A DNA stretch of 64,000 nt from Andalucia godoyi And28 (lineage: Eukaryota > Protista > Jakobida): the NCBI GenBank assembly GCA_009859145.1, contig VRVR01000010.1:161330-225329 (forward strand), given 5' to 3'. Shown in pieces: positions 59,439 to 64,000 of the stretch. How positions within the stretch are numbered: the stretch's first letter is position 1; each line of letters begins with the position of its first letter. A program made the position numbers and the translations under genes. The notes below the pieces were generated by a model that saw nothing but the letters and a program-made list of their open reading frames with translations, ran no database searches and was not told where the DNA came from.

Positions 59439-62400
59439 ATGAGTGCCATTGATCCACTGTCCGCGGTGGTTGGAGAAGCTGCAATCGCCGAAGTCCCGAA
59501 AAGAAGAAAAAGATCATCGTTTGCAACGTTATTCTGTCGTGTATGGTTCGTCACTGTTGTCATTTTGTTTTTGTTTGTAATGGCGGTTTCTTTTGTGTCC
59601 GTGTACATTATTGCGACTCACCGTTGGTCATCGAATTTCAAAGTCCGAGGGAAAACGTCGCTCGCATCCTTGAAAATACGCAACACTGCGGAAGTCGGCT
59701 CTGCGTCAGTTAATTCATGGACGACTGTCAGTGGTCTGTTTTCAGTATCCGGCGCTCTAGAGATATCCTCATATCTGTTTGTGAGTGGCCGTGTCCGTGT
59801 AGCAAAGAATCTGAGTCTTTCTGGAGAATCTAAGATTGGAAATATGAATGTTGTTTCGGGAGACTTGTACTGTCGAGGCGCCTTGGCTGTTACCAACGGA
59901 CTGTTGGTGAGTTCGAATTTTTCGTATGAAGCAGCGAAAGGAACGGTCTTTTCGCTCGGGCCCTCTCAAGGTGCGCTTGCTGCCTCCTCTGCTGCGACGC
60001 CCCCAACACCATCAATGTTCGTAGTACGTGGAAATGCATATTTTCATCCGTCATCCAACGTGACTTTTGGTATTCCGGTTTCCATCGCTGGCTCGTTGAC
60101 TGCCAACTCTCTCCGGATTTCTGGGAACCTCACACTTTTTGGTCCACTGTCGGGGAGGCAGACGACTCTGACGGTGCGCCAGTCCTTGACAGTCTGTGGT
60201 CAGTTACAGTTCTTGAACAGTTCTTCTGTGCTCTCAGCGCACAATCTGGTTGCTATGGGGAGTGTTTCCGGAAAGGATTTGTTGCTGAATGCTTCGCGGG
60301 GGGGTTTCCTTGCGCTTGGTCCTGTTTCTGTTGCGAGACGCTTTTTTGGTTCCAATGTTTCCACTGACCAGACGACAATTGTTCGGCACGGTTTCCTGGT
60401 CGCTGGCAAGATGCAGATTCTACAAACCGGACTTGTCATTGGAAACATGTCCTCACGTGCTCTCAAGATCCGCAATGCAACTGTGGAAGTGAGTGGGCGT
60501 TTCATAGCCTCGCAAGATGCGACTTTACCAGCTGCTTTTTCCACGTCCAATTTTTCGACGCAAGGCAACCTGTCAATTGTTGGCTCCATTTATGCGGACG
60601 CAGCGACTTTCGCGGATTCGGTGCTGAACATGAACGGGACATTGAACGTTTCTGTTGCACACCTCCGTGACCTGCATGCTCCGCGATCCGTCCTCTTCAT
60701 AACGTCCTTTCAGGGCTTGGGCAGCATGTCGGTATCAAGAAATGCATCGTTCTTGGGGTCGTTGAGCATTGTGGGTCCGTTGAATGTCACCAATATGCGT
60801 GTACGAAATTTCGAGGTCAGAGACGCTGATTTCTCCGTTTCGGATTCGATCAGCGTCCGTGGCTTGTTCCGTTCCCGTGATCCTGTTGTTGTTTCGTCTT
60901 CGTTTTTCGTTCGCTCGTCTACAATTGGGGGGCAGTTGAACTTTTCGCTTTTGGGGACACGCGCTACTGTGAGTGACTCGATGTTCGTCTCAAACACAAC
61001 TACTGTTTTGGGAACCACGACAGTTCGGCTGAACTCATCATTTAGCGGTCCGCTTCAAATCTATAGTTCCGGTTTTGTTAAGACTTTCATGTCCGTTGAC
61101 GGGGACGTCGAGGTCGGTGGGTCGCTTTCCTGCCAATCTCTCTTGGTTGACAATGCTGTCCATCCTCGCATGTTCGTCACCAGCAACATGACAGTTAATG
61201 GTTGTCTGAACCTGACGGTGGAGGAGCTTCAAGTAACCAGCGAGCTGCACGCTGCGAATTTCGGGATTCATGGAAACGTATCTGTCACTGACTTGCGGAT
61301 AACAGATATGTCCTTTGTCGATGGTAGCATCGACGTCAGTGACTCTCTAGTTGTGAATGGAGATATTATGATGGGAAGCGGACTGCGCGCGTACTGTGTG
61401 ACCATTAACAGCTCAAGGATCACTGGAGAGTCAACTTTCTCGGATTTCATTTCGAACGGGGTTTTAATCGTCCACCGGAACATGTCTGCCAATGTGCTGA
61501 GCTCGGCCATGATGGGCATCAACGTCAGGAATGGAACAGTGGCAAATGATTTGCTTATCGCTTCCGAGGTATTTATCGGACCCAGCGAAAGAGTTGCCAT
61601 TCGAGGATCGCTTCTTCTTTCTGGTGATGCTGTTGTCAGCGGAACCCGTGTGACAATCGGTGGGACCATATCCGCCAACAACGTCACCGTACCGTCGGCT
61701 TCGCATATTGTGGTACTTTCTTCGATCAATGCCTCTCGTATGATGGTGCAATCCGACGTGGTTGCAGAGGGCAGCATTGTTGTAGATGGCCATATTTTAC
61801 TGACGAGTGCTCTTTTTGCTTCTGATCTTGTCATTTCAAGGAATTTGGTTGTCCGTTCGTTCCACGCTTCGGGGAATGTTATTGCACTCGATTCAATGGT
61901 GTCGGACACAGTGATTGCAAAGGCCCCAGTTGTCATCTCAGGTAACGTGACTGTGGTTGGCTCACTGAGCGTAGGCTTGTTATCCACGTCCTCTATGCAG
62001 ATCTTCGGATCTTTGTCGGGCAGCGGTAACATGTCTGTCCGCGAAGATGTCTTTATTTTTGGATCCTTGAGCGTATCTGACATGCTTGTTGGAAGCGTTG
62101 CAGTGGAATCGGTGTTTGTTGACATCTTGCAATCAGCAAGGGATGCAGTTTTTGGTGATTCCTTGTTGATTAACGGAGATGTCAGTGCTATTTCCGGCGC
62201 TTTCTGCAAGTCGCTCGTCGTGTCTGCTGACGCAGTTTTTGACGGCGACATCTTGGTGAATGGTAGCTGCAACGTGTCTTCGGAGACGTTTGTACACGGC
62301 TTGGCACAGTTCAAACGAGGATTGTCTGTGGCAGGAAGTGTTTCTGCAAACGAATTGTTGTTTTCTTCGAATGTTACAATTCTTGGCTCGATGAATATTT

Positions 62401-64000
62401 CCTCGCCTCCTCAATCTGAAACTTCCCCGCCGTCGGCAGTCATCGGTGCTATGCTCATGGTTGGAAGCGATTTGACAATTTCAGGATCTCTCAGCAGCTA
62501 TGCAGAAGTGCGTGTGAGTGAGGATGCGTATTTTTCAGGGTACACTCGGTGGCCCGTCGGTGCGGCTGTGACCGGTTCCTCGTTCCTAGAAAACTTGATC
62601 GTTTGGGATGATGTTCGATTGCACGGAAACCTGATTGTGGAAGGAAATGCATCCTTCCAAGGAATTCTCCAAACCTCAGCTGACAAGGTGGTATTCAACT
62701 CTCCGTTGGTTTGTCTTGATCATTTCAATCGCTCCACAGAATACATTTGGGTTCTCAATAGTGGAATTGATGTCGGGACAAATAGATTCATGGGCCTCAA
62801 TCGTGTGCTCGGCGATCCGTCGGCGACAGCCATCGAGCTTAGGCCTGGTAATTGCTCTGGACTGTGGGTCTATGCGAATGGCACCGTTGGATTAGGAACC
62901 TCCAGTCCCCGTAAGGATGCGGGATTGCATATCCAAGGGGACGTTGTCCTTGGAACTCGACTTGGCGAGCGAGTCTTGCTGACTCCTTTTTGTAATGACA
63001 ATGCCTCGGACTTTTCCTGCTTTCAGTTTGCCCCCGAATGGCCGGCACTCCCCAATGTCTGGGACTTTTCCCTCGGCGTGACTGTCAGGGAAAACGGATA
63101 TGTTGGCATGCATACGATCTCTCCTTGCGTCATGCTGGACATCAACTCAAACAACAGTTTCATTGAAGCTGACATTATTCTTCGTGATGGAGGATTGCTG
63201 TCCTTGAAAAACGCGAGTGGATCTGCTTTGATTTTCGATTCTGTCGAGGCTGGGGTCCCCACTGCAGGGCAAGGTGCGGGACTGCGTTTACGTTTCGATG
63301 AGGACTACTCCGCTGCAGGGTTATCCGCTATTGTTTTTGAGCAGACGGTTGGATCTGGATCATATTCGGGTGCCAAAATTCTGTTCCGCACAAGGATGCA
63401 AGGCAATCCACAAAGTTCGTTGACGGGAATCATCATTGATTCTGCAAATCAGAGAGTGGCATTTGGTGCACAGAGTCCGTTGATGAGCTTCGATGCTCAA
63501 CTTGCTGTGTCGTTCGAGACAGATGTCGTATTCCACGATCTGCTGAAGTTGGATGGATTTTATACTCGAACATTGTTTTATTCCGCTACGAATGAGCAAG
63601 GGATTCCGGATGCACAAGGCGTCAGAATTCGGTATGATGAACGTTTTGATGGCCCTCTGAAAGATGCCCTTTTGTTTGAGCTGACAGTACCTGGCTCTAG
63701 CGCTCCATCGCATGCTTTTGAAATGATTTTCATCAACTCTGCGCTTGTGTCCACAAGCGCTATGCGGATTCAGGGAGATGGCAGGATTGGACTGGGAACT
63801 GCAACGCCGACATTGGGAAAAGTTCTGGATGTTTCAGGAGATGTGCAAGTGCGAAGTGATTTGTATTTGGATGGCTGCTTCGTCTTCAATCTGTACAGTT
63901 CTATGGATAGGGTCCTTTTCCATGTTCCAGGAGATTCATTGCAAGAGGATTTTCAGGTGCGCATTCGTCCCGCTTCGGATTATCCGGGTATTCCTCCTTC
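59439..64000 (+). CDS. Giant type II membrane protein with a beta-stranded stalk and tail-fibre-like modules; 3'-partial, >1520 aa
   Basis: Translated by hand: in-frame TAA at 59415, ATG at 59439, and no stop codon to the window end. KRRKR is followed by a TM helix, then about 1050 aa of G-x-(L/V)-x-(V/I)-x-G repeats, then GxVGLGTxxP-type motifs. Not listed in the ORF track. Confidence 0.9.
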   Translation, partial: MSAIDPLSAVVGEAAIAEVPKRRKRSSFATLFCRVWFVTVVILFLFVMAVSFVSVYIIATHRWSSNFKVRGKTSLASLKIRNTAEVGSASVNSWTTVSGLFSVSGALEISSYLFVSGRVRVAKNLSLSGESKIGNMNVVSGDLYCRGALAVTNGLLVSSNFSYEAAKGTVFSLGPSQGALAASSAATPPTPSMFVVRGNAYFHPSSNVTFGIPVSIAGSLTANSLRISGNLTLFGPLSGRQTTLTVRQSLTVCGQLQFLNSSSVLSAHNLVAMGSVSGKDLLLNASRGGFLALGPVSVARRFFGSNVSTDQTTIVRHGFLVAGKMQILQTGLVIGNMSSRALKIRNATVEVSGRFIASQDATLPAAFSTSNFSTQGNLSIVGSIYADAATFADSVLNMNGTLNVSVAHLRDLHAPRSVLFITSFQGLGSMSVSRNASFLGSLSIVGPLNVTNMRVRNFEVRDADFSVSDSISVRGLFRSRDPVVVSSSFFVRSSTIGGQLNFSLLGTRATVSDSMFVSNTTTVLGTTTVRLNSSFSGPLQIYSSGFVKTFMSVDGDVEVGGSLSCQSLLVDNAVHPRMFVTSNMTVNGCLNLTVEELQVTSELHAANFGIHGNVSVTDLRITDMSFVDGSIDVSDSLVVNGDIMMGSGLRAYCVTINSSRITGESTFSDFISNGVLIVHRNMSANVLSSAMMGINVRNGTVANDLLIASEVFIGPSERVAIRGSLLLSGDAVVSGTRVTIGGTISANNVTVPSASHIVVLSSINASRMMVQSDVVAEGSIVVDGHILLTSALFASDLVISRNLVVRSFHASGNVIALDSMVSDTVIAKAPVVISGNVTVVGSLSVGLLSTSSMQIFGSLSGSGNMSVREDVFIFGSLSVSDMLVGSVAVESVFVDILQSARDAVFGDSLLINGDVSAISGAFCKSLVVSADAVFDGDILVNGSCNVSSETFVHGLAQFKRGLSVAGSVSANELLFSSNVTILGSMNISSPPQSETSPPSAVIGAMLMVGSDLTISGSLSSYAEVRVSEDAYFSGYTRWPVGAAVTGSSFLENLIVWDDVRLHGNLIVEGNASFQGILQTSADKVVFNSPLVCLDHFNRSTEYIWVLNSGIDVGTNRFMGLNRVLGDPSATAIELRPGNCSGLWVYANGTVGLGTSSPRKDAGLHIQGDVVLGTRLGERVLLTPFCNDNASDFSCFQFAPEWPALPNVWDFSLGVTVRENGYVGMHTISPCVMLDINSNNSFIEADIILRDGGLLSLKNASGSALIFDSVEAGVPTAGQGAGLRLRFDEDYSAAGLSAIVFEQTVGSGSYSGAKILFRTRMQGNPQSSLTGIIIDSANQRVAFGAQSPLMSFDAQLAVSFETDVVFHDLLKLDGFYTRTLFYSATNEQGIPDAQGVRIRYDERFDGPLKDALLFELTVPGSSAPSHAFEMIFINSALVSTSAMRIQGDGRIGLGTATPTLGKVLDVSGDVQVRSDLYLDGCFVFNLYSSMDRVLFHVPGDSLQEDFQVRIRPASDYPGIPP

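Overview
This is eukaryotic nuclear DNA from a compact, intron-poor genome of a flagellated, mitochondriate protist (axonemal genes, mitochondrial E3, standard genetic code). The lineage cannot be fixed from sequence alone; the style is reminiscent of compact Discoba/jakobid-type genomes, but that is a guess. I model about 30 loci. Confident genes are RBM22, DLD, UAP56/DDX39, MEMO1, a CFAP52-like WD40 protein, an RluA/RluC pseudouridine synthase, LCB1/SPTLC1, phosphoglucomutase, a PHO84/PHT1 phosphate transporter, a UBE2O-like E2, a YFH7-like kinase and TRIT1/MOD5, alongside several orphans. All 11 introns I could place inside coding regions start GTATG(T/C), and neighbouring genes alternate strand far more often than chance. 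The most striking feature is absent from the supplied ORF track because it runs off the window end. It is an uninterrupted >1520-codon ORF (59439 to >64000) encoding a type II membrane protein with a long, sequon-rich beta-stranded stalk followed by repeated phage/giant-virus tail-fibre-like 'GxVGIGTxxP' modules. Other points of interest are an ABCA half-transporter with a degenerate ATPase, a decayed IS630/Tc1 transposase in frame with a 255-aa ORF, a probable pseudo-GTPase, a PAS-domain protein, a Zn2Cys6 factor, a secreted GH15 and a candidate structured RNA. No rRNA, tRNA or CRISPR array was seen. All protein assignments come from motif recognition by eye; no database search was run.
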